Shown here: piece by piece, positions 1-9,298 of the stretch
Position numbering within the stretch: position 1 is the stretch's first letter
Layout of the letters: the number at the start of each line of letters is the position of its first letter
Origin: a virus
IMG/VR virus record: IMGVR_UViG_3300036781_000420
Coordinates: 1 to 64,000 of that record
DNA length: 64,000 nucleotides
Direction: 5' to 3' (one strand)
Made by a program: the position numbers and the translations under genes
Notes under the pieces: model-generated
Databases searched by the model: none
The model's input: the letters and a program-made list of their open reading frames with translations, nothing else
Told to the model about the DNA's origin: nothing

Positions 1-432
1 GATCGCGTCATCGACCCTTATACGGCCGATCCGACGCGCAAGGGCGTGCTGGTGCCGCAGCAGGTGATCTTTTGCTCCAAGCCGAACATGGCGCTGGAGC
101 CGGTCAACGACACGGCAAAGGCGATCTTCTCCGCCTATGAGCGGACGATGGCTGGTGGCTCCTCGGTTCAGCCGGGCATTTCGACGCCCGACCCGCTCAA
201 CGACAAACCGCTGTGGATGACGGACAAGGGCCGGCTGTTGTCGACCCCGACCGCCACGGCAATGGAGCATGGGATGGTTTCGGAGCCGGTGCGCGTTACC
301 GCCGATATGGTGCGCGCGCGGCCGGTGCAGGAAATCATCAGCCCTCACGATCCGCGCGCCAGCAAGATTCCGGTGACGGGTACCATTGCTCCGCCCGCCG
401 TGCGCGGCAGCATCGACGCGCGGGTGCGGTGA
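1..432 (+). CDS. hypothetical virion-module protein, 5' end cut by the window edge
   Basis: Frame +1 is open from base 1 to TGA 430-432. The stop overlaps ATG 432 of the next gene (TGATG coupling). Confidence 0.5.
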   Translation, partial: DRVIDPYTADPTRKGVLVPQQVIFCSKPNMALEPVNDTAKAIFSAYERTMAGGSSVQPGISTPDPLNDKPLWMTDKGRLLSTPTATAMEHGMVSEPVRVTADMVRARPVQEIISPHDPRASKIPVTGTIAPPAVRGSIDARVR

Positions 433-2126
433 TGGATAGGGCTGGCCTCGGCGCGATCCTGCGCCACCTCGTACGGCCCGCGCTGGCCGCCCTTCTTCTC
501 GCTGCCGCCGTGTCGCCGGGCGCGGCAATTGCGGCAACGCTCTATATCAGCGAATTCGCCAACGGCGTGTCGCAGGTCGGCTCGACCACGCCGCAGGTTT
601 ATCCGCAGGCGGCAATCACCGACCAGACGGTGGCGCTCAGCGGGGCTTCGGCCCAGTCGGCGGTATTCAATGCCGGCACGCATGCCGTTTCGCTCGTGTG
701 CGATGAAGGCTGCTCGGTGCTGTTCGGCACCAAGTCCGCGACCAACCCGGCCGCGACCACGAGCAATTACCTGCTTCAGCAGGGCGTCCCTTACGAATTC
801 ACCGTGGTGCCAGGCACCAAGCTCGCGGTGATCGCCAATGCTGCCGGAGATACCGGAGGCGGCGGCGGTGGCGGGGGCGGTGCGGTCACCATCGCCGACG
901 GCGCCGACGTTACGCAGGGCGCGATTGCCGATGCCGCCGCGACGGCAGGAGGTACCGGCACGGTATCGGCCAAGCTGCGGACCATCACCGGCCAGCTCGC
1001 GACCGGATCAGCCGGGCTCCTCAAGGCCGAGGATGCGGCGGCGGCCAGCGGGGATGCCGGCGTCATGGCGCTCGGCGTCCGCAACGATACTGGCGCCGAT
1101 GTCACCTCGGCGAATGGCGATTACAGTCAGATGTCGGTCGACTCCGCCGGCAACGAAAAGGTGGTCGGCAATGTTGCCGCTGCTGTTGCCGACGCCGGCA
1201 ACCCGGTGAAAGTCGGCGGCGTGGCGATGTCAACCGCCCCCTCGGCCGCAACGGACGGACAGCGGCAAAATGCATGGATGACGCCGACAGGTGCATTTGT
1301 GGTTGGCGGGATAGGCGCGACACTGGCAGATGGCGCCTCTAATACATCTGTTGCATTTCCAAGGACTAGCAGCGCTTCACCTGTCGGCCTCTGGAATGAC
1401 AATTACGTTTTCAACGGGGCGTCTTGGGATCGCCAGCGCGGCGATGTCAACGGCTCATGGGCGCAGGGTAACGTGGCGGCAGACGCCGTAGACATCGGCA
1501 ACCCAGTAAAAACCGGCTGTTATGCCATGGGAACTGCCCCCAATGCTGTCTCCGATGGGGATCGCCAGAATACATGGTGCAGCACCAACGGCGCCACTGT
1601 GGTCAGCGGCATTGCCACCACTCTGACCGACGGAATCGGTAATACCGGCGTTACCCTTGCTCGCCCCGGTCTGTCATCCGGAACGGGGATGTGGATGTTC
1701 CCGTCCTATTTCAACGGCACAACCTGGGACCGCATGCGCGGCAACGCCGTCGAGGGGCTTGTGGTCAAGCCCTATGCTTTCGCCGCGAGCGCATGGAACT
1801 ATGCAGCGGCCACCGGCGGCATCACCAACACCACGACGGCGGTGACGATCAAAGCCGCCGCCGGTTCGGGGGTCGTCAACTACATCACCTCGCTGTCGCT
1901 CAATTCCTCCGCCGTTGGCACGCCGACCGAATTCGTTATCCGGAAAGGCGCCGGCGGCACCGTGCTGTGGCGCTACGATGTAAGCTCGACCGGGCTGCTG
2001 CAAGGCATCAACATTCAGTTTCCGGTGCCGCTCGCAAGCGACCCGAACGGCCTGCTGGAAATCGCCACCTTGACGGCAACCGTCACGGGAAGCGTCTACT
2101 TCAACGCACAAGGGTATTCCGAATAA
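432..2126 (+). CDS. glycine-rich fibre-like protein with Sec-type signal peptide
   Basis: ATG 432 lies inside listed ORF 213..2126. N-terminus is MDRAGLGAILRHLVRPALAALLLAAAVSPGAAIA/A. It has a G9 run and two ~90-100 aa internal repeats. Confidence 0.7.
   Translation: MDRAGLGAILRHLVRPALAALLLAAAVSPGAAIAATLYISEFANGVSQVGSTTPQVYPQAAITDQTVALSGASAQSAVFNAGTHAVSLVCDEGCSVLFGTKSATNPAATTSNYLLQQGVPYEFTVVPGTKLAVIANAAGDTGGGGGGGGGAVTIADGADVTQGAIADAAATAGGTGTVSAKLRTITGQLATGSAGLLKAEDAAAASGDAGVMALGVRNDTGADVTSANGDYSQMSVDSAGNEKVVGNVAAAVADAGNPVKVGGVAMSTAPSAATDGQRQNAWMTPTGAFVVGGIGATLADGASNTSVAFPRTSSASPVGLWNDNYVFNGASWDRQRGDVNGSWAQGNVAADAVDIGNPVKTGCYAMGTAPNAVSDGDRQNTWCSTNGATVVSGIATTLTDGIGNTGVTLARPGLSSGTGMWMFPSYFNGTTWDRMRGNAVEGLVVKPYAFAASAWNYAAATGGITNTTTAVTIKAAAGSGVVNYITSLSLNSSAVGTPTEFVIRKGAGGTVLWRYDVSSTGLLQGINIQFPVPLASDPNGLLEIATLTATVTGSVYFNAQGYSE
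1196..1750 (+). repeat. in-frame internal tandem duplication (~100 aa unit, diverged)
   Basis: GNPVKVGGVAMSTAPSAATDGQRQNAW...FNGASWDRQRGD is followed by GNPVKTGCYAMGTAPNAVSDGDRQNTW...FNGTTWDRMRGN. Coordinates are approximate. Confidence 0.7.
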
Positions 2127-2127
2127 A

Positions 2128-2388
2128 ATGGCTGTTTTCACGAATCAGGTTTCGGTCGGTGTAGGTCCGACGCCGACGCTGGTCATCGCGGCTCGCACGC
2201 GCACCGCCGTTACGGTGACCAATATGGGAACCACCCCGGTGTTTTTGGGCGACATTTCGGTGACCCTCACCACCGGCCAGTTTCTTGCCGGCGTGGTCGG
2301 CGCGAGCGAAACCTTCCCCTCGCCTGCGGCGCTGTATGGCCTTGTCGCTTCTGGCTCGGCCAACGTCTCCTATGCGGACATCGACTGA
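2128..2388 (+). CDS. hypothetical small beta-rich virion-module protein
   Basis: 86-aa ORF starting 1 nt after the previous stop. Its stop overlaps the next ATG (ATGA-type coupling at 2388). Confidence 0.5.
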   Translation: MAVFTNQVSVGVGPTPTLVIAARTRTAVTVTNMGTTPVFLGDISVTLTTGQFLAGVVGASETFPSPAALYGLVASGSANVSYADID

Positions 2389-2819
2389 TGTCCAGCTTGA
2401 AGGACACTCCTCCCGTCAAAGGCGACACCGGTTCAAAAGGCGACACCGGCTCGCAGGGGCCGAAGGGCGATGCTGGCAATACCGGCAATACCGGGCCGAC
2501 TGGCGCCGCCGGAGCTGCCGGGACCGTGGTCCAGGCGGTGCGGGCACTGACGGATTCCACGGGCCTCTATACGTGGACCTATCCCACCGCTTACGCGAGC
2601 GGCGTGGTCCCCGTCATCCAGGCAACCGCCGAAGGGCCGAACCCGCAGGCCGGCGTGACGGTCAACACGCAACTCGAAGGCGTGCCGACCAATACCGCCT
2701 GCAAAATCCGGGTGACGCGGACGGCGGCAACTACAGTGGCGCTGCTCGGGCTGACGATCTTGAGCCTGCCGGCGGCGATAGCCACGGAAATCCATATCAC
2801 CGCGCAGGCGCCGACCTGA
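2388..2819 (+). CDS. collagen-like (G-X-Y repeat) fibre protein
   Basis: KGDTGSKGDTGSQGPKGDAGNTGNTGPTGAAGAAG gives about 12 uninterrupted G-X-Y triplets near the N-terminus, followed by a globular C-terminal part. Confidence 0.7.
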   Translation: MSSLKDTPPVKGDTGSKGDTGSQGPKGDAGNTGNTGPTGAAGAAGTVVQAVRALTDSTGLYTWTYPTAYASGVVPVIQATAEGPNPQAGVTVNTQLEGVPTNTACKIRVTRTAATTVALLGLTILSLPAAIATEIHITAQAPT

Positions 2820-2875
2820 TATAGCTCGGCCCAGTTGAGTGCCGGGCCGCCTCGTGAAACCTCAAAGGTGCAGAA

Positions 2876-3196
2876 ATGACGACGCAGCCCGGCCAGAAAA
2901 GTTTCAGCCTCGTGAATGGCGGCAAAGCCTATCGCGTGCCGCTCGATAGCGGCGGCGCGCTGATCGGCAGCATGCGCGGCCATGGCGGTACTGTCGTGCT
3001 CAATGGCGCCACGCCGGTCCCCGTGGTCAGCGATGGCGTGACCGCCGACTCCATCATCATCCTGACGTTGAAGACGGTGGGCGGCACGGTGAGCCCGACC
3101 GCGCCGAACGTGCTCACCATTACGCCGGGAACCGGTTTTTCCGTTGCCGGCGTAGCGGGCGATACCAGCACCTATAATTGGGCGCGCCTCGGCTGA
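2876..3196 (+). CDS. hypothetical beta-rich protein
   Basis: 106-aa ORF preceded by AAAGGTGCAGAA. Codon third positions are GC-rich like the neighbouring genes. Confidence 0.5.
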   Translation: MTTQPGQKSFSLVNGGKAYRVPLDSGGALIGSMRGHGGTVVLNGATPVPVVSDGVTADSIIILTLKTVGGTVSPTAPNVLTITPGTGFSVAGVAGDTSTYNWARLG

Positions 3197-3229
3197 GGCC
3201 GACCGCTTTCCCCTCCAAGGAGACACGTC

Positions 3230-3721
3230 ATGAAACTGCATTCGATCATCGGGCTTGCCGCTGCGGGTCTGTTCTTCGCCGGTGCCGGCCTCGCCATCGC
3301 CCAGACGGTTCCGCTCACCCCCGTCACGTCGGTCGGGCCTTCCGATCTGTTCGCCGACGTGGTTGGCGGCTCGCCCTCGGCGCAGAGCAAGTTCGCCACC
3401 GCCGCGCAGATCGCCGGGGTGCCGGGCTACCATAATTTCGGCACCATCTCCGCCGATCCGGCCTATACCGTGCCGAACGGCGTTACCGACCTGTTCGCCC
3501 ATGCCGCCGGCACGCTGACCCTCGCGACCATCACCACCGAGCCGAACCCGGCCGACGGCAAGCGCGAATGCTGGTGGCTCGACGCGGCGACCACGACGCT
3601 GACGTGGACCGCCAATACCGGGCAGACGATCAGCGCCAACGTTCACGCGGCAGGCGTCGCCTTCAACCCGAACTGCATCACCTTCGTGGCGGCGCTGTCG
3701 AGTTGGGTTAGTTCCCCCTGA
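3230..3721 (+). CDS. secreted hypothetical protein (Sec signal peptide)
   Basis: RBS AAGGAGA lies 7 nt upstream. N-terminus is MKLHSIIGLAAAGLFFAGAGLAIA/QTVPLTP. Confidence 0.65.
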   Translation: MKLHSIIGLAAAGLFFAGAGLAIAQTVPLTPVTSVGPSDLFADVVGGSPSAQSKFATAAQIAGVPGYHNFGTISADPAYTVPNGVTDLFAHAAGTLTLATITTEPNPADGKRECWWLDAATTTLTWTANTGQTISANVHAAGVAFNPNCITFVAALSSWVSSP

Positions 3722-3906
3722 TGCCGGCCCGATCCGAAGCACAGCGGCGGCTCATGGAAGCCGCCGCACATACAAAGGGGGGCGCTGGCGGCGTCCCTCA
3801 GAGTGTCGGCAAGGAGTTCGCCAGCGCCGATCCCGGTGGCAAACTGCCGGAGAATATCGGCAAGCGCCGTGACCGGCTCTATACGCATCCCCGCAGCAAG
3901 GATTGA
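3721..3906 (+). CDS. DUF3008-like small basic protein
   Basis: MPARSEAQRRLMEAAAHTKGG...KEFAS resembles the MPAKSKAQQ...AA..K.G pattern of DUF3008. The start is ATGA-coupled to the previous gene. Confidence 0.55.
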   Translation: MPARSEAQRRLMEAAAHTKGGAGGVPQSVGKEFASADPGGKLPENIGKRRDRLYTHPRSKD

Positions 3907-3956
3907 TCGCCATGGCCTCGCCGACCCTGGTGGATATGGCAGGAAGGACGAAGCCG

Positions 3957-4181
3957 ATGGCCGACAAGAAAAAGCACTGGATCAAGTCCGCGACATCGAA
4001 CAGCCATGGCCAGTTCCGCGCCAAGGCGGAGAAGGCAGGCGAAACGACGCGCGCCTTTGCCCATGAACACGAGGGCGATCAGGACAAGACCGGCCAGCAA
4101 TCGCGCCTGGCGCTGGCCCTGATGGGCGCGACGAAGCAGCGCGAACGGCAGAAGCGCCTCTATCCCAAGATGAAGGACTGA
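3957..4181 (+). CDS. small basic hypothetical protein
   Basis: ATG 3957 follows AGGAAGGA and lies within listed ORF 3903..4181, whose own start is TTG. The C-terminus RQKRLYPKMKD echoes the previous gene's RRDRLYTHPRSKD. Confidence 0.5.
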   Translation: MADKKKHWIKSATSNSHGQFRAKAEKAGETTRAFAHEHEGDQDKTGQQSRLALALMGATKQRERQKRLYPKMKD

Positions 4182-4185
4182 TCCG

Positions 4186-4563
4186 ATGGCCGAAGAAAAA
4201 ACCCGCCGCGAGCGCATGTACAACAAGACCAGCGTCGACAAGGCGCCGGAGAAGAAGCCCGACGACGCGCCGGCCGACAAGCCCGAGCATAAAGGCGACG
4301 GCGAGAAGCCCGGCAAGGGCGACAAGCATGCCAAGCACGGCGGCGAACGCAAAGACATGCACAAGCGCCATGAACAGGAACGCCGCGAGGCCCACGGCAA
4401 CCACCGTGAACTGCTGCGCACCATGGCCGAGCGCCACGACAAGGAAATCGCGGCCATGAACGACCGGCAGGACGCCGACATGATGGGCGGTGGCGAGCCG
4501 GAATCGGGCATGGCCGGCGCCGCGCCGGGCCCCGCTGTCGCAACCCCCGCCCCGGAGCAGTAA
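4186..4563 (+). CDS. highly charged K/E/H-rich hypothetical protein
   Basis: 125-aa ORF. The N-terminal RRERMYNKTSVDK repeats the R-x-R-L/M-Y motif of the two upstream genes. Confidence 0.55.
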   Translation: MAEEKTRRERMYNKTSVDKAPEKKPDDAPADKPEHKGDGEKPGKGDKHAKHGGERKDMHKRHEQERREAHGNHRELLRTMAERHDKEIAAMNDRQDADMMGGGEPESGMAGAAPGPAVATPAPEQ

Positions 4564-4566
4564 CCG

Positions 4567-4866
4567 ATGACGCAGATGGCCTCAATGGAACTGGACGACG
4601 ATGCGGCGATGGACGCGCCGCAGCCTATCCCCATGGCGAACAAGCCGAGCTATCCCTATGGCTTGTGCATATGCCTGACGGCTGATGAGGTGGAAAAGCT
4701 CGGGATCGATCCGGGTGACGCCATGGTCGGCGGCATCTTCCACTTCGAGGCGCTGGCCAAGATCACCAGCGTGACGCTCACCGATTCCGAACACGCCGAC
4801 GGCCCGCAATGCCGCATCGAGGCGCAGATCACCGATATGGGCGTTCTCTCGGCCGACGACGACTAA
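4567..4866 (+). CDS. acidic hypothetical protein
   Basis: 99-aa ORF starting 3 nt after the previous stop. Family not recognised. Confidence 0.55.
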   Translation: MTQMASMELDDDAAMDAPQPIPMANKPSYPYGLCICLTADEVEKLGIDPGDAMVGGIFHFEALAKITSVTLTDSEHADGPQCRIEAQITDMGVLSADDD

Positions 4867-4884
4867 ACCGCGCACGAGGTTGAA

Positions 4885-7398
4885 ATGTCGCTTCCCCGCT
4901 GGCTCGCGTTCATCGCGGTGCTCTTTGCCTCGCCAGCGCTGGGGCAGGTTGTGCCCTTGCAGGGCGGCCCCTGGGTTTCCGGTCACGCGCCGATGTATGT
5001 CAACAACGGCAGTGCCCAGCCGGTGCTGCTGGACAGCGGCGGGGCAGGCGGGGGCGGCTCCGGTACCGGCATCAGCGATATGGGCCTCACGGCACGCGGC
5101 CCGGGCGCGGGGCCCTATGCGGGCGCCGGCACCGGGCCGAATGGCGAGAACTGGTGCGATTACGACGCGCCCACGACGAACCCCGGCGGCTACCACTATC
5201 TTTGCCTGTCGCCCAACGCCCTCGGCGGCGGCCTGATCAGCTACGGCGCCAGTGGCGCGGCGAGCACCGACCCGCTCTATATCAGCGTCAACGGCCTGAC
5301 ATTTCCATTGGTGGGCGGTGGCACGGTGACCAGCGTCGGGCTGACCGCACCGGCACAGTTCAGCGTTTCGAACTCCCCCATCACCACGGCAGGCGACCTT
5401 GGGCTGGGCTGGGTTGCGCAGAATGCCAATACAGTGCTGGCCGGCCCCGGCAGTGGCGCCGCCGCAGCGCCGGGCTTTCGGGCGCTGGTTGCCGCCGACC
5501 TGCCGTTTCCCGGCCCTACGGCCATCGGTGGCGTGACCAGCCATGCGGCGGTGACGCATCAATTCCTTACCCAGATCGGCACCAACGGGACAATTTCCGC
5601 AGCGCAGCCGGCAGCCGCCGACCTCAGCAACGGCGTAACGGGCTCCGGCGCGGTGGTGCTGGCGACGGCGCCGACCATTGCCGGGCTGACCGCAACCGGA
5701 TCGCTGACCGCAACGGGGCTGGTGACCAATGCCGACCTGGTGAATGCCGCCACCACGGTCAACGGCCAGACCTGCACGCTGGGCAGCACATGCACGGTGA
5801 CGGCGGCGGCGACGGGGGTGACGATCAGCACCACGGCCATCGGCTCCGGCACATCGGGACGCGTGCTTTACGACAATGCCGGGGTGCTCGGCGAATTGAC
5901 GACCACGGGCAGCGGCAGTGCCGTGCTGGCCAGCAGCCCGAGCCTTGTTACCCCGAATATTGGCGCGGCCACAGGCACCACGCTGACCACCACCACGACG
6001 GTATCGGCCCAGCCGCCGCCATTGCCGGGCGGCCAGAGCGCGGTCAATTATCACCAGATCACCGGCGACAACGTTGCGGCGACCGGGTTCATCCTCGGCA
6101 ATGAAAACCAGTACATCTTCGGCGGCAGTTCGGTGACCGGTGGCCGCATCGCCAATTACGATTACATTGCGAATACGGCGATCACCAACGCCTCCAATAC
6201 CAACCGCAACTATGTCGGCCACGTCGGCGAGGCATATACCAATGTCGGCGACGGCGGCACCGATACGGCGGGCGGCGCCAAGGGAGCGTTCTTCGGCGAA
6301 AACCCGGAAATGTTCGTCGACGCGGGCGCGACCAACCTGCTCAATGCCACGGCAATGGAGGTCGACACCTTCACCGCTGCCGGCTCGACGGTGCGCTATC
6401 TGACCGGCATGCAGATTGCCGGCGCCAACGCGACGCACGGCGTGGAAGTCGATACCGCGCTTGCGATTTACGGCACCACGTCGTCTGGCGGCTTCGGCCC
6501 GCATATCGGCTGGGGCACCGGTATCCTGTTCACCGATATCGGCGGCGTGAGCCCGTTCTATTCCAGCTCGACCATCATCGGTTATCACTGGCAGGGCGCG
6601 ACGCCGACGATCCTGAACGGCATCGATTTCACCGGCTTCACCTTTACCGGCAACGCCTTCCAATCGCCCGGCGTGCTGATTACCGGCAATGGCGGCCTCA
6701 ACCTCACCAACGCCAACGCCGATATGGAATTCGGCAGCACAACGGGAGCCAATACGCCGCTGATCGACTGGCACAGCTCGGGCAACGCTATCGATTACGA
6801 CGCCCGGCTGATCGCCTCCGGCGGCAGTGCCAGCAGCGGCAACGGGCTGTTGCAGGCGCTGGCAAGCGGGTTCTTCGTCAATGCCGGGCTGGCCGACGCC
6901 GAACAGGTCAGCATCCTTGCCGCCGACAATACCGCGCCGACCAACGTCAACACCGCGCAGAGCGTGTTTTCGTCCGGCCAGAGCACATTCACCGCGACGG
7001 CGGCGACCAGCTACCAGTTCGAGGCCGAATACGAAATCGACTCCACCGGCGCCACCAGCAATTCGCTGGGCGTACTGTTCGGCGGCACGGCGACATTCAC
7101 CAGCATCGGCTATGACGCGATTGCCACCAACGGCACCACGTCGACCACGGCCTCCGCAACCTCCGGATCGAGAGGAAGCGCGGCCACGCTGCTGACGGTA
7201 ACTCCGGCGGTAGCGGCGGCGACGCAACGGCTGGTCAAGCTGCGCGGCACCCTTCGCGTCAACGCCGGGGGCACCATTATCCCGGAATTCCAGTATAGTG
7301 CAGCGCCGGGCGCCGCGCCGGTGGTGCGGTCCAATTCGTATTTCCGCTTGTGGCCGATCACCACGAACATCATCACCAAACTCGGCGGCTGGTCGTAA
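4885..7398 (+). CDS. tail-fibre-like protein (837 aa) with Sec-type signal peptide
   Basis: RBS is ACGAGGT. N-terminus is MSLPRWLAFIAVLFASPALG/QVVPLQGGP. The first ~240 aa are paralogous to the 7679 gene. The rest is Gly/Thr/Ala-rich and fibre-like. Confidence 0.75.
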   Translation: MSLPRWLAFIAVLFASPALGQVVPLQGGPWVSGHAPMYVNNGSAQPVLLDSGGAGGGGSGTGISDMGLTARGPGAGPYAGAGTGPNGENWCDYDAPTTNPGGYHYLCLSPNALGGGLISYGASGAASTDPLYISVNGLTFPLVGGGTVTSVGLTAPAQFSVSNSPITTAGDLGLGWVAQNANTVLAGPGSGAAAAPGFRALVAADLPFPGPTAIGGVTSHAAVTHQFLTQIGTNGTISAAQPAAADLSNGVTGSGAVVLATAPTIAGLTATGSLTATGLVTNADLVNAATTVNGQTCTLGSTCTVTAAATGVTISTTAIGSGTSGRVLYDNAGVLGELTTTGSGSAVLASSPSLVTPNIGAATGTTLTTTTTVSAQPPPLPGGQSAVNYHQITGDNVAATGFILGNENQYIFGGSSVTGGRIANYDYIANTAITNASNTNRNYVGHVGEAYTNVGDGGTDTAGGAKGAFFGENPEMFVDAGATNLLNATAMEVDTFTAAGSTVRYLTGMQIAGANATHGVEVDTALAIYGTTSSGGFGPHIGWGTGILFTDIGGVSPFYSSSTIIGYHWQGATPTILNGIDFTGFTFTGNAFQSPGVLITGNGGLNLTNANADMEFGSTTGANTPLIDWHSSGNAIDYDARLIASGGSASSGNGLLQALASGFFVNAGLADAEQVSILAADNTAPTNVNTAQSVFSSGQSTFTATAATSYQFEAEYEIDSTGATSNSLGVLFGGTATFTSIGYDAIATNGTTSTTASATSGSRGSAATLLTVTPAVAAATQRLVKLRGTLRVNAGGTIIPEFQYSAAPGAAPVVRSNSYFRLWPITTNIITKLGGWS

Positions 7399-7412
7399 CC
7401 TCGGAGATTTGC

Positions 7413-7667
7413 ATGCGCCTTCCTGCCGTTCTTGCCTGCCTCGCCCTGTTCGCTACGCCTGCCGTCGCCCAGCAGCAGGCGCCCAGCGCCGCGCAATTGA
7501 CCCGCGCGCTCCAGAATGTCACCGCTCAGCGCGAACAGGCGCTGAATGTCGCGGCGTTCTGCCAGGGCGATGAAGCGGACCTGCAACAGCAACTGGCTGC
7601 CGCCAACGCCCGCAACGCCGAATTGACCAAAGAGCTTGCCGGCCTCAAAGCCGCGCCGACCAAGTAA
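7413..7667 (+). CDS. small secreted coiled-coil protein
   Basis: ATG 7413 follows GGAGA. N-terminus is MRLPAVLACLALFATPAVA/QQQ, followed by a helical Q/A/L-rich segment. Confidence 0.6.
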   Translation: MRLPAVLACLALFATPAVAQQQAPSAAQLTRALQNVTAQREQALNVAAFCQGDEADLQQQLAAANARNAELTKELAGLKAAPTK

Positions 7668-7678
7668 GGAACCGGCAA

Positions 7679-9298
7679 ATGATCCGCCTTCGCCTTCTGC
7701 CTCTACTGCTGCTCGGCCTGCTGGCATTGCCGGCGAGCGCGCAGCAGGTGCCACTTCAATCCGGCCCGGTAACCGCCGGCCATGCCCCGATGTACGTCAA
7801 TTCCGGGAATGGCCAGCCCGTCATTCAGGACAGCGGCCCGGCGGCGGGCGGCCAGACCGGCCTTGGCATGGGAGAGGGGCTGTACATTGCTCGCGGCACC
7901 GGCACACCGCCCTATATCGGACAGGGTACCGGCCCCTCCGGCACCAATTGGTGCGATTATGACGCGCCGATTTCCAATCCCGCCGGCTATCATTTCCTTT
8001 GCCTCAGCGCCAATGCGCAGGGCGGTGGGTTGATGGTCTACGGGGCCGGCGGCATTGCCACGCCGCTGCCGTTGTCGGTGATTATCAACGGCGTGCAATC
8101 GTCATGGGCGACGGTGACCAGCGTCGGCCTGTCGATGCCGGCCGAATTCAGCGTTGCCGGCTCGCCCGTCACGTCTTCCGGTACGCTGGCGGCGACATGG
8201 GCGAGCGAATCGGCCAATCGCGTGCTGGCCTCGCCGAACGGCACCAGCGGCACGCCGGGCTTTCGGGCGCTGGTAAGTGGCGACATGCCGTTGCCGGGTC
8301 CGTCGAGCCTCGGCGCCGTGAACAGCCATGCCGCCGTCACGCACCAGTTCATCACGCAAATCGGCACCGACGGCGCCATTGCGGCGGCACAGCCGGCATT
8401 CACCGACGTTTCCGGCACGGCAACGATTGCGCAGGGCGGCACCGGCCAGACCTCGGCCAACGCGGCGCTCAACGCGCTGCTGCCCTCGCAGACCGGCAAT
8501 GCCGGCAAGGGATTGTTCACCGACGGCACCAACGCGACATGGACGCCGGTTTCGGGCTCCGGAACCGTGACCAGCGTGGCGCTGACAGCCCCCTCCGAAT
8601 TCGCGGTGACGGGCTCGCCTGTGACCGCCTCCGGCACGCTGGCGCTGGCCTGGGCCAATCCGGTAACGGTCGCGCATGGCGGCACCGGGCTCGCCTCCGG
8701 CACCTCTGGCGGTATCCCGTATTTTTCCGGCACCACATCGATCGCATCGAGCGGGGCGCTGACGGCGAGCCATGTGGTGCTGGGCGGCGGCGCTGGCGCT
8801 TCGCCAACCGTGCTGGCCTCCCTCGGCACGACAACGACGCTGCTCCACGGCAATGCCGCCGGCGCCCCGACCTTCGCCGCCGTGGCGCTCGCCACCGATG
8901 TCTCCGGGCAGCTGCCGACAGCCAATGGGGGCACCGGCGCGGCCAACCTGAACGGTATCGTGCAGGCGGGCACGACGAACACGATCACCACCGGCTACAC
9001 GCTGACGCCGTTCAATATCGGCACGGTAACGACCGGCACCACGACGCTGAGCGGCGCCAACGGCAATTACCAGTACATGACCGACAACGGCGCCTCGACA
9101 ATCGCCGCGCCCGCCGCCGATACCGCCATTGACGTGCTAATCACCAACGGCGCCTCGGCGGGGACGTTAACGTTTTCGGGGTTCACGGTCGGGAGCAATA
9201 CCGGCGACACGTTCGACACGGTGAACGGCCACAAATTTCTGCTCAACGTCATTCGAATCAACGGCACGTCAACCTATCTGGTGAAGGCGCTACAGTGA
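7679..9298 (+). CDS. tail-fibre-like protein (539 aa) with Sec-type signal peptide
   Basis: RBS is AAGGAA. N-terminus is MIRLRLLPLLLLGLLALPASA/QQVPLQSGP. It carries fibre motifs IAQGGTGQTSANAALNALLP and VAHGGTGLASG. Confidence 0.75.
   Translation: MIRLRLLPLLLLGLLALPASAQQVPLQSGPVTAGHAPMYVNSGNGQPVIQDSGPAAGGQTGLGMGEGLYIARGTGTPPYIGQGTGPSGTNWCDYDAPISNPAGYHFLCLSANAQGGGLMVYGAGGIATPLPLSVIINGVQSSWATVTSVGLSMPAEFSVAGSPVTSSGTLAATWASESANRVLASPNGTSGTPGFRALVSGDMPLPGPSSLGAVNSHAAVTHQFITQIGTDGAIAAAQPAFTDVSGTATIAQGGTGQTSANAALNALLPSQTGNAGKGLFTDGTNATWTPVSGSGTVTSVALTAPSEFAVTGSPVTASGTLALAWANPVTVAHGGTGLASGTSGGIPYFSGTTSIASSGALTASHVVLGGGAGASPTVLASLGTTTTLLHGNAAGAPTFAAVALATDVSGQLPTANGGTGAANLNGIVQAGTTNTITTGYTLTPFNIGTVTTGTTTLSGANGNYQYMTDNGASTIAAPAADTAIDVLITNGASAGTLTFSGFTVGSNTGDTFDTVNGHKFLLNVIRINGTSTYLVKALQ

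Noticed and set aside
848-885. Gly-run coding stretch (GGAGGCGGCGGCGGTGGCGGGGGCGGTGCG) as a phase-variable homopolymer
   Set aside because: It is not a true homopolymer or a perfect short tandem repeat. The mixed GGN codons make slippage-based switching unlikely.
4582-7227. 881-aa minus-strand ORF, and similar long antisense or off-frame ORFs (2591-3742, 11886-13220, 14781-15950, 20522-21478, 22934-23794, 62176-63555 and others)
   Set aside because: These are typical high-GC shadow ORFs opposite real genes. Their translations are Arg/Gly/Ala/Pro-rich with no recognisable motifs, while the sense-strand genes have motifs, RBSs and translational coupling.
4885-9298. Diversity-generating retroelement acting on the fibre genes (as in BPP-1-type podophages)
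   Set aside because: No reverse transcriptase ORF and no template/variable repeat pair were seen near the fibre 3' ends.
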